A stretch of DNA of 64,000 nucleotides from an uncultured Chthonomonadaceae bacterium (GCA_963817895.1 CAWFQB010000014.1:288001-352000); one strand, 5' to 3'. Shown: positions 43,174-55,609, counted from the stretch's first letter. Translations and numbers: made by a program. The notes: a model not told the origin generated them from the letters alone.

Positions 43174-46100
43174 TCAGTCAATCACCATAAATTCGTTCGC
43201 GCTCAGAAGCGCCTGCGCGTACTGTTCCCATCGGGACAGCGAAGTGACGGTTACGGCGGGGGCTTTGTTTCCTGCCAGAACGGTGGTAGCGTTACCCGAA
43301 CTGCCCGATGAGGGCGGCTGTTGCAGGAACGACAGGCCCAACAACACTTCTCGCTCCTCTGGCGGTCGGCTGTACGCCAGCAGATAGGCGCGGCGGATAC
43401 GGTCGGCATCGCTTTCTGTCGGATTGGCGGTCAGGCGGGCGGCGAACGCCTTTGCCTGCCGAACCATGAAGTCGCTGTTGAGCACGAAAAGCTGCTGCAA
43501 GGGTACGGTCGTATTGGTTCGCGCGTCCGAAGTCACGTTCGGGTCGGGATAATCGAACAGGCGCAGCATAGGATCAAGGTCATGGCGGCTAACCGACGCA
43601 TAAAACGTTCGGCGGCGGTTGTCTGGCGAAGACAATGGAAGGGACGGCCCGCCAATCGTTCGATCCAGTTTATCGGTTACAGCCAGCATAGCGTCGCGCC
43701 ACGCTTCCACTTCCAGCCGATGCCCGGTCATGCGCCACAGCAGGCGGTTGTCGGGGTCAATCTCCTCATTCTTGCGGTTGTCCATACCGCTCTGCTTATA
43801 CGTGGCGGAAAGCATAATCATGCGGTGCATTTTCTTGATTGACCATGCTCCGGTAAAAGAGGAGTCAGGATTGGCTTCATCCTTCATCCTTCCGCCTTCA
43901 TCGTTTGCAACAAACTGAGTGGCAAGATAATCCAGCAGTTCGGGATGCGTGGGCGGTTCGCCCAGTAGTCCAAAGTTGCTTGCGGTGCGGACAAGGCCGG
44001 TTCCAAAATGATGCTGCCACAGTCGGTTTACCATCACTCGCGCCGTGAGCGGATTGCTCTTATCCGCAATGGCGTTCGCCAGTTCCAGCCGCCCGCTGCC
44101 AAGTTGGAAGGGTGGCGCGTTGTCGCCCGCCAATGCCCACAGGAAATGACGCGGCGCCTCCTCTCCCGGCGTATTCGGGTTGCCGCGCAGCAGGACTGGC
44201 ACATTGGCGATTTTCCCGCCTTCCGTCAGCGCGTGGATGAACGGTTCCGCCCTTACATGTTCCAGATCGGTTCTCAGCGCGGCAAGACGTGATTTACCCT
44301 CCGCAGGAAGTATCTTTTCAACCTGCTCACGCGGCACTGCCAGTACGCCCTCGTTGCTCACAAGCGCATTCAGCGTATCCGTTTCCGCTCTGTCGAGCGG
44401 CTGCGGTTTTGCCTGCCCTGCCGCAACGGTGACGATAACAGCGGTTTTCGGCGCGTGGCTGTCTTCGCGCCGCTTTTGCAGTGCCAACACAACTTCCTGA
44501 AACGCGGCAGCGGTCTTTTTCACTTCAATAAGGGCGGCTTCGTTTGAAGAAAGGTCGGTTTTGGCGTCCTCCTGCTGAACCATCCGCTTCCAATCGGCAA
44601 GCTGCGGGCGATTGTTGCCGCCGTTTTCCTGAGTTTCTTTAAGATACTTCAGCCAGCGTTCCAGTACCACGCTAACCAGATTTTCCGATGTGGCGACCTG
44701 CTCAACAGAAACCTTTGGGTTGGTTTTGCGCCGGTTGTTGAGTTTCCACGTCGCCACCATGTACCGCGCCGTATCCGACAGCAGGCGGGTTCGCGAAGCG
44801 GTTTCCTGCTCCGTCAACCATTTGTCTATCTGCTGATTCTGCGCGTCTATGCGCGAACGGTGGTTTATGTTCGCTTCCGCTTTTCCGAACTTCGTCTGCG
44901 CGTCTGTGGAACCAACAGGAACCTCAATATACGCCGTGCTTGCGAACACCCCCGCAAGCGCGTAATAATCCTTTTGTGTAATCGGATCGAATTTGTGATC
45001 GTGGCAGCGGGCGCAGGCAACCGTCAGGCCGAGAAAACCGCGCGAAAGGGTATCAATGCGGTCGTCGTACTGATCGTACATCTTCTCGTCGCCATAGTAC
45101 ACCGGCCCCAGCGCGAAGAAGCCAAGCGCGGGCAACTGTTCGCGCATATCCGGCTCATCAAGCAGGTCGGCGGCAATCTGTTCCTTAACAAAGCGGTCGT
45201 AGGGCATATCGCTGTTGAGCGCGTGGGCAAGCCAATCGCGATACCGGAACCCCTGCGGATACAGGCGCGGCTCAAAACTGTGCGCCTGATCTTCGCCATA
45301 CCGGGCAATATCCAGCCAGTAGCGCCCCCACCGTTCGCCATAATGCGGCGAGGCGAGCAGGCCATCAATCACCTTCGCCCACGCATCGGGCGATTTATCG
45401 GACAAAAAGGCGTTTACTTCATCCGGCGTTGGCGGCAGGCCAATCAGATCGAAATACGCGCGGCGTATCAGCGTTCGGCGATCAGCGGGCAGTGCAGGCT
45501 TCAATCCCTTCGCTTCCAGTTTCGCCAGAATAAACCGGTCAATGGGATTGATAACGCCCGACTTCGCTTTTACGACCGGCAATGGAAGTCTTCGTACCGG
45601 CTGAAAAGCCCAATGCTGCTTCCGCTGCTCCATAACGCTCAATCCGTTTCCTGCTGTCTCCTTGTCTCCTTTTCTCCTCTTCTCCTTTTCTTCCTCCGCC
45701 GGCCAGGGCGCGCCCCGCTTGACCCACTCTGCCATATCGGCAATCACCGAATCCGGCAGTTTGGTTTTGGGCGGCATTTGCAGCTCGGGCTTTGTATAGC
45801 GGACGGCTTCCAGCAGGCGGCTGCTTTCCGGGTGTCCGGGTACGAGCGCGGGGCCGGTCTGCCCGCCCTTCAGCAGTCCGCTCCGGCTGTCAAGCGCAAG
45901 CCCGCCCATTGTCTTTTTCGCGCTCGTGGAGTGGCACGCATAGCACTGCTGCGCCAGTACCGGGCCGTACCTTTTTCTCGAAGAATTCTATTCCCGCAAC
46001 ATCAACAGGCGCTTTCACGGCGTCAGGGGAGGCTTTGGCGTCAGGGGGCGGGTTGGCAGTTGTCTTGCCATCCGATTTCAGAACCGGCGCGTCGTTCTTT

Positions 46101-46468
46101 GCGCCCTCCGCGATCCATTTGCGGATTATGTCCACCTCTTCCGGTTTGAGCGGCAGGCTTCCTTTTGGCATCAGGGGGGTTGCGCCGGAGATATAGCGCA
46201 TGACAAGGCTGTTTTCAGGATGGGCGGCGACAAATCCTGTTCCCTGCCTGCCGCCCGTCTTGAACGCTTCAAAGGTGGACAAATCCAGTTTCCCGCCGAG
46301 AGAGGCGGGATGATGGCAGGCTTCGCAACGCCGTTTCAGTATTAGCTTTACCTGTGAAGTAAAACTAACAGGCGAGCTGTCCGAGGGTTTCGTCTGCGCG
46401 GTTGCCAGATTTAGAGAAATCAGACACAACAACGCGGGAAGGAAAAAATAGCAAAGTCGAAGCCGCAT
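43174..46468 (-). CDS. Planctomycete cytochrome c / DUF1549 (PSCyt2) / DUF1553 (PSD1) protein (frameshifted)
   Basis: CEACH, FFEKKVRP..CYACH, HWAFQP, YGERWGRYWLD, CARCHDHKFDPI, NPLTARVMVNRLWQHHFG. Confidence 0.92.
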
Positions 46469-46587
46469 AACACCGTTTTTCTGGCGACAAAACCGCCGGA
46501 CAAGAATTCAGAACTCGCAACTAACGCAAAGGAACTTGAAGTAACTTGCAGGTTTAGAGAGGGCGGGACAGGAAAAGTTGCAGAAGA

Positions 46588-48577
46588 TTAGCCGAAAAAC
46601 ACGGAATATCCCTGCACGGCATCCCCGGCCCAACCGCCCATCAACCCCCACATGATTCCCGCAACCGCGAAATGTCCCAACGCCAGCCCCAGGAAAAACG
46701 GGACGAGGCGACGATAAAAGGCCATACCGCCATAGCGCAGAGCAAGAGATTTCAGCATCCACACGACCAGAAACGAGAACCATATCAGGCTGCCGTAGCT
46801 GCACGTCATGGCAAAGCCCAGAGGATGCAGCAGAAATCCGGCGAATTGAAGGCGCAGCGCCCACAGCAGATACACGACCAGCCCGCCCGTTGCCGTCGCA
46901 TAGATGCGCGGAAATTGCGGATGCCGGGGCGTATTGGGGTACTCTGCCGCCGCCTTATACTCCGGCTGCGCGATCCAGGTTCCCCAGATACCGCGTAGGT
47001 TTTGCGCCCCGTAATGGTAAAACGGCGTCAGGTGATTGTACCAGCCGATGAGGAACCCCACCCCGACGGCAAGGCAAACGGCGAACACAAGACGGCGCGG
47101 GTTGATTTGAGCGCGACGCGCCAGTTCCATGCCCTCCACCTGATAACCCGTCATTGCCGGAAAATAGCCCCGCGCCAGAAAGGTAAACAAGGCCCACGTC
47201 GGCATTGTTGTCGCGCCGCTTGCCAGAAACGGCTGCGAACCGAACGTGAAAAGCAATACCTGCTTCTGCATGTAGTAGGGAAACAGCCAGACAAGCGGAA
47301 CCCCGGCCTCCGCCCGCAAACGCCCATACACGAGGGCAACCGCCAGCACGAGCAGGAGATACACAAACGCGACCCATGCCGCCATACCCGCCAGAGTTAC
47401 GAAACTCCATACCACAACAAACCCGCCAATCAGCCCCGCGAAAATCCAGCGGATTGATATGCCTTCCGGCCCCTCATTCCTGTCGCCGCGTATCGCCGCC
47501 CGCGCCAGAACGCGCAGCGAACGCCGCGAAATCCAGACGAGCATTGCCGCCAGAACAAGGTACGCGCCGATCCCCTGCTCTTGCGGATACGGCAACTGCC
47601 CCGGCGTCGCTCCCAACGACACGCCGAAGACTGCCGCCAGTTTCATAGGCGAAAAATGACAGCCACACGGTCAGGCTGATCTCCGTAGACACCAGAAAGC
47701 CAAGCCCGATCAGTTCCGGCCGTATCTCTATTTTCAGCGGGGCTATCTCGCTCCAGGGTGGGCTGCTGAACAACAGCGACAGGTCGAGTTCTTTTCCGGG
47801 CGCAGGAATGGAGGGATAAAAAGCGTGAAGGATGTTGGCAAGATTGTACAGAGCAGCGATTAGAAAACCGCTCCACATCAGCTTGTTGCGAAAAAAAGGG
47901 ATTGTGCCGCCCTCTTCCCCGGTCATGGCAAGCGGGATAAACACCTGTGGAAACGCGAGCCGCTCTTCCGACCAGACGCGGTAAAACAGCGCCATCAGGC
48001 AATACAGCGTCCACCACAGGGCAAGGAAAAAGACCAGCCAGCAGCCCATCGGCGCAAGCCAGTAACGCCAGGGAACCAGTCCGTCCGGGCTGCGCTCGTA
48101 CATCTGCCGGACAATTTCAAGGTCATGCGGCATCAGCCACTTCGGCAAAAAGGGACGGACAGCGGGAATACTGTCGGTCTTAAAATAAAAGGGCGCGCCA
48201 AGCAGGGCAAACAAAAACTGCGTGACGCCCACGCCCATCATCGTGCTGCTCAGGGTGACAAACAGGAAAATAACCAGCAGTTCGGCGCGGGTCAGGGGCC
48301 GGAAGCGTTTTGTTCGGCGCAGCAGGGCGTTCACGGGCAGCAGGAAAATCAGGGCGGCAAGGCCGGGAATAGCGGGGATGCTCTCCGTAATCTGCGTGGA
48401 CAGCACCATGATTTCAGACTGCCGCACCCACAGCCCCGCAAGAACCGTCAGCAGCAGAGCGATGACAAGAGAACGTCCCGTCAATCCGGGCTGTATCTCC
48501 TCTTCCGGCACTTCACCGCTGCCTTTCCGATTATTCTCAGGTAACGTATTTTTCCCGTTGTGGCGTGTAATCTGCAT
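46588..48577 (-). CDS. Large polytopic membrane protein, DUF6785/DUF6784-like (one frameshift)
   Basis: WSEERLAFP, IGLGFLVSTEISLTVW, LHPLG, LKSLALRYGG...PFFLGLALG. Confidence 0.7.
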
Positions 48578-48738
48578 GAACAGGAGTTCTTGACCGCCCT
48601 ACGGTATTCCTGCCTGCTTCCGGCTTTTCACTGCAATTGTTATAAACGCTGTCACCTGAGAACATTAAAAGCCCCTCTCCTGGCGCGTTGCGCGGCAAGA
48701 GAGGGGTTGGGGTGAGGTGAGGCACCTTCATCACAGGC

Positions 48739-51647
48739 TTACGAATCATTGGAACTGCCAACATGGTCATAAAGGACATGACGCCGATAGATACTGCGCT
48801 CAGAGTTCTGCATCTTCTGCAATTCCAATTGCGCTTGTTGCTGATTTCCGTGGGCGCCAAACCAACGCGCAAAGAGAAAATGGTACAAAGCGGAATCGCT
48901 GCTCACAGAGTTCTGCCAGAAACCGTAAACCCCTCTTGCCTGCTCCCCCATATTTTGCGATAGGAAATAGTCATACTCATCCGAGTACGCCAGCGCCAGT
49001 TTATCGTCTGCCACACGCGCTTCTTTATAGATGTCAATCATCTGTTGACTTGTAACACTCCGATTCAGTTTAAGTCGTTGCGCTTGCGCGAGATACGCAA
49101 GCGCGCGGCCTCGCCCACTTTGCAATCCTTCGGCAAGTCTCATTGCTTCCGTAATATCATCATCCGCCGACTGTCCCTTTTGCAGGTAAATCATGCCTCT
49201 AAGCGCATGAGCGCTCGCCAGAGTGTTTGCGTCCTGGGCCTGTAGCATAGCATCTATCAACGGCATAGCCTTGTCCGGGGCATTCATCGCGAACCACTCA
49301 TACGCGGTGAAGTCGTCCTTGTTCGCGCTGACCGGGGACGCTGTTGTCCTGCCGGTTCCTCTCGCGCCGCTTTTGGTAGGCCGTCTCCCAATGAACTTAC
49401 TGACCGGATGCGCTATCGTGGGTTGTACAGTCGCCGGGACGGTAAAGGTCGCCGTTTTGGGATTATTGCCTGCCCCCGGCAATACTCCAGTGTCACCGCC
49501 CTGCTGTGTTCCAGGCATTGTGGCTGTGGGGCCAGGCTTGCCTGCCAGTTCTGCTTCCTTACCGGGTGGCAATGGAAGATCACTGGCAGCGGGACGCGCC
49601 TCCCCTTCCTTTCCCTTTGACGGCGTTCTACTGTCCGGCGTCTTCGGGGCAGTTTTCACCGTATCGTGAGTCGTCGCTGTCCCACCAGGAGTCGCTTTCT
49701 CATCAGGCTTTGCTTCAAGCACGGTAATGGTTCCGGCAGGAAGCTGTTCGCCGCCTTCAGGCTGCACGATAATGGCAGCCGCGCCATGTGGCGTACTAAG
49801 CGGCAGCGTGAAGCTGACTCCTTTGGAAGACCACGCCGGATTTACCGGCAAACCCTGTCCGCCGACAAAAACCTGGCCCTTGTCGCCAAGCCCCTCGCCT
49901 GAAATCGAAACCGACTCCCCCAGGCCTGTAACTGCCTGAGACAGGATGTATTTTGGCTGGCGGCGGGAACGCCAGATGGATATTGTACGCATCCTCTCTC
50001 AACTCCACCTTCAGTATTTTGGACTCGGAAGCAACCTTGTCCACCACCGCATAAACTTTCAGCATGGTAGGCTTAAGGACATCCGTTGTGATGTCGTCCA
50101 GCACAACCTGCTTTTCGTATGGGAGTACCGGGCGGGCTTCGCCTTTTCCGTTTGCGCTCGGTTCCCAAATTACATTTACTTCCTTCTCCTGTCGCGCCGC
50201 CTGTTTTAACCGGGGATTGTCGTCAATAGTAACGTTCAAGCGAACGGCTTTGGCAATGGGAATGGTAGCTGTTGGACTCAACGTCCATTCACCGAGGAAA
50301 TGCCGATCAGTGGTAGAAATAGAAAATTGTGACGGATCGCTGGTACGCGCGGAATTTTTCTTATCCGCCTTCAGTTTTGTCAGTTTGTAGTCGTCATAAA
50401 CGACACTTTTGTCAGGGTCGTTTATAACGGCTACTTTATAATTCAGCGGCGTCGCGCCCGGACCACCAGTTAAACGGCCACCGACATCCGTACCACCTTT
50501 TGGGCAAATCCTGAAAAACAACAATGTTTCCGTTGGGTTCGCCATGAATAGGTTTCGACAATTGTGTACCCTCAATGGACACAATTTGAAAATTTAGATC
50601 GTCCCAATTACCTTTGCCATTCTTTGTCGGCAAATCACCCGGGGGCAAACCGGCGAACAGGACGGTCATATTTACCACAGGCGCCCGGCGCGTGGGAATG
50701 CCCCACACGAGCCACATCAGCGAGAAGAGCGATGCGCCGAGAAAAGCCCAGTCGCGGCCCATGCGCAGCCAGGGAACATAGCGCACATAAATCGGTTTGG
50801 GCAGGGCTACCGGAACCGTCTGATGTTCGCCGACTCGCACCGCCCCGCGTACTGACACCCAACACGAGGTTCGCAGTTGCGTGGGCGGCAGTTCACAACG
50901 CCATGTGCCGGACGCGCGGGCCTCCATGGATTGGCTGATGGTGTCTACCTGCTCGGCATGTTCGGTAAGCGCCTGTCGGGTCGGGGCGCGTAAAATGTGC
51001 AGATTGGCGACCGATGGCAGGAAACAGCGGTCGTCCAGCGACAGCAAAAATTTCGCGTTACGCCGCCAGGGGCGCAGGCGCAGTTCCCCCGCGTCCGAAC
51101 GTAGCGCAAAGTCGTTCGCGGAGGGCAGAGGAACCCATCGCGCCGAGTCTTCCCCCACGACCACACCCGGATCGTTGCGGCGGCGCGGATCAAAGCGCGT
51201 GAGCACGAAATGAAACGATTGGGGCGACAGATGTTCGCGCGCGATGGGCGGAAACCGCACTTCAAAAACAGTTTCCTCACCCGGCTGAAGCAGAACGCCG
51301 CCTTCGGGCTGCCGTTCCCCGCCCGTCGCAGGCATGACAATATAGTGGTCTGCCGGAAGGTTCGTAATAGTGAGATTGTAACGGTAGGCCAACGGCTCAT
51401 CATTGCGCAGTCCCATCGTGGTCGGCTTACCGGGCCATACCAAATCGGCTTCAATATCGTCGCCAATCTCCTTACGCGTGGCAGCCTCTTCAGGGGAATA
51501 CGGCGTCTTTGCGCCGCCCAGAAAGGTAATCTGCGCTTCACCCAGTGGCGCATCGGGCGCATCGGCGCTGCGGCTATCCATCCCAAAATCGTTGGCGCCG
51601 GGTATATAGCCCGACAGTCCCATTCGGCCCAGGAGTTTGCGTATCAT
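48739..51647 (-). CDS. Large single-pass membrane protein (Ig-like N-terminus, TM helix, IPT/TIG-like domain, Pro/Thr linker, TPR-like C-terminus), split by two frameshifts
   Basis: Overlapping ORFs 50436-51647, 49796-50584 and 48739-49992 read as one protein; TM WAFLGASLFSLMWLVWGI; GESVSISGEGLG...WSSKGVSFTLP. Confidence 0.55.
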
Positions 51648-51757
51648 GGCGCTTTTCTCACTTCTTTTTACAGCATGCCACAGCGTCTTGACTGCGGCGT
51701 AATCATTTTGAATCTATCACATAACTACCTGGCGTTCTCAAGCTCGAATCGCGCTTC

Positions 51758-52297
51758 TTACGGCGTTTTACCTGTGGTCTTTCGCTTCTCGAAAATCACG
51801 GGATAGTCGAACCTCGATTTGCCCACGCGCTCGGTACTCACGCGATAGCCACTGAATATATCATGCCAGCGCTGTTTCCGCTCAGGCGCGCGAAGTATCA
51901 ATTGCGCTTCCAGATGATCCAGCCACAACTGATGCTCCTTGTTGGAACGCCATTCGACCTCTTCCTGCTTCTTCTCGTATGGGCCTGATTTATCAGGCGT
52001 GAACATCAGAGTTCTCTTTGATCCTAACGTTTTTGTACTCTCGTAACCTGAGTTTGGGCTTAGAAGTATTCCATCCGCGTCTTTCGCGTTCACCGGATTG
52101 CCTTCAACGTCGAAACCGAAAAAGTCCAGTGTAATGTCTTTCACGGCAGGCGGCTTCACCAGAACAGGGGCCACCGGTTTTGGTTTATGGTTCAGGATGC
52201 CAAGTATTGTGCCGACTGCCAGCGCGACGGCGAAGAAAGCAAGCCACTTTTTGGCAAAGTGGGCAGGCCAGCAGGTATTGGTAATCAGCGTTCCCAT
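51758..52297 (-). CDS. Hypothetical single-TM membrane protein
   Basis: AAGGA RBS; KKWLAFFAVALAVGTILGIL TM then soluble domain. Confidence 0.55.
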   Translation of the reverse strand: MGTLITNTCWPAHFAKKWLAFFAVALAVGTILGILNHKPKPVAPVLVKPPAVKDITLDFFGFDVEGNPVNAKDADGILLSPNSGYESTKTLGSKRTLMFTPDKSGPYEKKQEEVEWRSNKEHQLWLDHLEAQLILRAPERKQRWHDIFSGYRVSTERVGKSRFDYPVIFEKRKTTGKTP

Positions 52298-52600
52298 AGT
52301 TTGCGCTTTCCTTCGCGTCAATACTGTCTCATACACTACGATCAATCGTATTGATGCGGAAACACATTTGCCTGTAACCAGCGGTTAACGAAGAGCCATC
52401 TCTCTGCACAAGCAGACGGCTAAATCTTTTGAATCGTTCCCATTATTCCGGTAAGTTGTAAAGGCTGTTCTTCTTACCATTACGCGCTCCGCTCCGTTAA
52501 CTCACTTCCTGTTAGGGCGTTCCAACAGGTAAAAAGTTCACGGATTTTGGGTAAATGTTAATTAATTCACACGCGGAGATTACAAAAGCCTCACAGCCTC

Positions 52601-53635
52601 CTATTTGCGCCAGAAGGAACGGGGTTTTTGACCATTCGCTTCCGAAGAGGGTACGGATACCGCCAGATCGTGTCCAAGCGTAATCGGCTCCGGCTCCTCG
52701 TCGGGCGCGTCAAGCCATTTCAGCAGGGGCGGATACAATTGGAGCAGGCGCTCGAAACAGCCGTGAGCGCGTTCCAGCGCCTGCCCCATCGTCCAGTCGC
52801 CGTTCATCAGGGTCAGGAACCCGCCCAGATCATCCACCGCCACCTGATACGAGGTCAAGCCGGGATCGGGAAGCGCCATCAATTGCGTTCGTTGCGCGGC
52901 AAGAATTCCTGCCAGCCGTTCCACATAAGCCTGCGGATGAACGCGGGTATCCACGCTGACGGCGGCAGGGCCGAGCGAACCCGCCAGCGTCAGCGCGACG
53001 GAAAACACGCGCAGATTATCGGCGGAGTGTTTTTGCAGCGCATCCAATCCCTGCGAAGCCAACTCCACAATGTTTTTGTGCATTTGCCACTGGTTGGCGT
53101 GACTTGACAGAAACATGGTATCAGGGATGTAATGCGCATCCGGCTTCAAGCCTTCGGGCGTTTTCTCAAACTGCGCGATTTGCAGCCACTCGTATCGAGG
53201 ATCGGCGCTATCCGAAGCCAGGATATACTCGCGCCGCCGCCCGCCGCATTGCAGCAGGCCCATATCTACGGAGGGATGCAGTTCCGGTTCGCGCAAACGC
53301 TCGGCCTTGCCCACGCCGAGGAAAAGCGGCACAACATTCTGAACGGCCTGAATATGCCCGCGAACCGCCAGGCGAATATCATCGGGAACCTCGTAAAAGT
53401 AGCCATTCGCCCCAATTGCGAAACAGCCATGCACCGATACGGAAAATGTCTGATACCCTTCCGGGCTGGGCCGGCTGACGCCATCATCGGAAAGATGCAG
53501 CAGGCCGTGAAAACGCCCGCGCTGCAGTGTCCAGCGCATCAGCTCTTCCAGATAGAACGTTTCCTGTTTCCATTGACCGGCCTGCATCAAACCTACGGTA
53601 TCCCAATCTACAGACACCAAATCAAACTCGCGCAT
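52601..53635 (-). CDS. tssK: TssK-like T6SS baseplate subunit (divergent)
   Basis: VDWDTVGLMQAGQW (cf. TssK VxWxxGM), HGLL, VHGCFAIGANG (CxAIxxxG), PDAHYIPDTMFLSSH (YIPP); downstream of TssF/G-like genes. Confidence 0.6.
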   Translation of the reverse strand: MREFDLVSVDWDTVGLMQAGQWKQETFYLEELMRWTLQRGRFHGLLHLSDDGVSRPSPEGYQTFSVSVHGCFAIGANGYFYEVPDDIRLAVRGHIQAVQNVVPLFLGVGKAERLREPELHPSVDMGLLQCGGRRREYILASDSADPRYEWLQIAQFEKTPEGLKPDAHYIPDTMFLSSHANQWQMHKNIVELASQGLDALQKHSADNLRVFSVALTLAGSLGPAAVSVDTRVHPQAYVERLAGILAAQRTQLMALPDPGLTSYQVAVDDLGGFLTLMNGDWTMGQALERAHGCFERLLQLYPPLLKWLDAPDEEPEPITLGHDLAVSVPSSEANGQKPRSFWRK

Positions 53636-53676
53636 TTTGTAGTTACTCCTTCACACATCCACTCCTCAAAATGCAT

Positions 53677-53767
53677 CCCTTCTCCCGATTTTGGGAGAAG
53701 GGCCGAGGATGAGGGCCAAAAACGCCTCCCTTCTCCCAACTTTGGGAGAAGGGCCGGGGATGAGGGC
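53677..53767. repeat. Tandem CCCTTCTCCC-TTTGGGAGAAGGG REP-like hairpins
   Basis: Two about 40-nt copies between the TssG- and TssK-like genes. Confidence 0.8.
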
Positions 53768-53779
53768 TATCTCCTTCAA

Positions 53780-55609
53780 TCATTCCACACTCTGCAATCG
53801 TACGCCACTCTGATACGGATGCCGGAGGTAGCTTCCCTGCCCCATACGGGCGACACTCTCTTTCCAGACCACATCAGCCCGCAGGCAAACCGGCAGAAAC
53901 AGCCGCAGCAGCAGGGTTAATCTCGCTTTGGCGGCAATGGCCGCGTCGTCGCCGTCTTCGATCAGCGGCATATAAATCGTTACGCCCGGATAGTGTACCT
54001 GCACCATGCCGCCAAGCGCGGCGGTTGCTCCCGGCTGGCTGAACAGCGTGTTGAACCCACCGCCCACATTCTGGTAGTGATCCCACTTCACTTCAATACC
54101 GGGATCAATCAAACGCTGCAAGGCGGTTTGCAGCAGCAGCAACGGATCGGGCGCTTCCCGCCGCCATCCCACCAGCGACCAGAGTTCCTGCCGCTCCTCC
54201 GCGCTTAACAGGTCGGTATCGCGAATATCCGACAAAGCCGCGTTTCCCGCAAGGTTCAAACCATCCAACGAGGAAATCTTGCCCCCATAGATTGCAGAAG
54301 CGCCAACGTCATGTACAGACAACATTTCCGGTGAGTTGGTTCTTTCGGCTGAAAATGGCCGGCTGATGACACCTAAAAACCCCTCTTCGTTAAGCCATTT
54401 CTGCATCAGCGTCAGCAGAAGCGTCCGTTGACTCAGCCCGCCCGTAAACGAGAGAAACACGCCTTTCGCGGGCATCTCTCCTGTCGGCAGCCGAAAGTCT
54501 TCCACCTGTCCATGTATCCAGCCAATGCCCCACAGATAATCCAGCACGGCCACACTGGTAAAAACCTCTGTTGTGAGTATTTCCACCAGTTCGCGCGCAA
54601 TCCGGTAGCGTTCTCGGACGGTTTCCTGCGCCAGCCGGTCAATCAGCATTTGCAGCAGCAGCCGTTGCCGCGCGATTTCCACATCCGACAGGGCGTTCGC
54701 CAGTTCCGCCATGTGAGCGGCGCGGTCATTCAGGGTATCCAGCAAAAGCGCCGCGCCCCATTCGCGCAGGCGCGCTCGCGCCCCCACAGCCGCTTGTTCG
54801 CCCCCCTGCTCTGCCGGAAGCGTCAACTTGCTCACCTGCATATCAAACCATTCCGCAAGGAGCGGCCTGTCCGCTTTTTCGGGTACCGTCTGAGCCGACT
54901 GACGCAGCCACCGCTGCCGCTCTTCCAGTTCCGTCGCTTCGAGGGCGCGTAACAGGCCCTCGCACCATGCGTTCAGGATGTTGCGGGTTTCCAACGGAAC
55001 AACGCGCATCAGTTCCGGGTAGGCTGCGGCTATCTGCCGCGTCAATCGAGCCAGCGGTTGATCCACGCGCTCACGGGAAACCTCATTGTCCGACAGAGCA
55101 GTGTCAGCGGATTCGCCGTCCGGGGCGCCCTCATTTTCGACCGGAAGCGGCGGCAGTCCGGCAAGCAGCGGCTCCATGAAATGCGCCAGTCGCCCCACCT
55201 GCCGCATGGTTACATTTTCCGGTTCGCCGGGGGCAGCCGTATCCTGCCAGATAATATCCGCACGCACGTTCACCTTTAAGCGCGGGCGAATGGCGCGGGG
55301 ATTCACTTCGGTCACGGTCGCGCGTTCCGTAGCAGGATCATATCGAGCGCCCTGCGGATGCCGCAAATCCATTGCGGCGGCATGGCGTTCCCAGTCCTCC
55401 AGCGGCTCCTCTTCAACCACTTCGGGCAGAGCGAAATGACCGATTTCCGGCAAAAATCGGATGTTCTTTTCCGGTACGCCCAGTTGGTGCAGCGTCAGCC
55501 ACACTTGCAGCAGGTAGCTCGGCCAGTTTGCGCCCGACAGTTGCGGATACGGCACAAGTTCATTTTCCGTCGCCTCCTGTCGCCTGTCGCCTGTCTCCTG
55601 TATCCTCAT
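53780..55609 (-). CDS. tssG: TssG-like T6SS baseplate subunit (enlarged, divergent)
   Basis: IRFLPEIGHFALPEV near the N-terminus and LLLRLFLPVCLRADVVW...RMGQGSYL at the C-terminus; ATGA-coupled to the TssF-like gene. Confidence 0.5.
   Translation of the reverse strand: MRIQETGDRRQEATENELVPYPQLSGANWPSYLLQVWLTLHQLGVPEKNIRFLPEIGHFALPEVVEEEPLEDWERHAAAMDLRHPQGARYDPATERATVTEVNPRAIRPRLKVNVRADIIWQDTAAPGEPENVTMRQVGRLAHFMEPLLAGLPPLPVENEGAPDGESADTALSDNEVSRERVDQPLARLTRQIAAAYPELMRVVPLETRNILNAWCEGLLRALEATELEERQRWLRQSAQTVPEKADRPLLAEWFDMQVSKLTLPAEQGGEQAAVGARARLREWGAALLLDTLNDRAAHMAELANALSDVEIARQRLLLQMLIDRLAQETVRERYRIARELVEILTTEVFTSVAVLDYLWGIGWIHGQVEDFRLPTGEMPAKGVFLSFTGGLSQRTLLLTLMQKWLNEEGFLGVISRPFSAERTNSPEMLSVHDVGASAIYGGKISSLDGLNLAGNAALSDIRDTDLLSAEERQELWSLVGWRREAPDPLLLLQTALQRLIDPGIEVKWDHYQNVGGGFNTLFSQPGATAALGGMVQVHYPGVTIYMPLIEDGDDAAIAAKARLTLLLRLFLPVCLRADVVWKESVARMGQGSYLRHPYQSGVRLQSVE

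Noticed and set aside
44860..46149. Long antisense ORFs (also 14306-15412, 28666-29724, 55759-56817, 11917-12975)
   Set aside because: Shadow frames of GC-rich genes on the opposite strand with no recognisable motifs.
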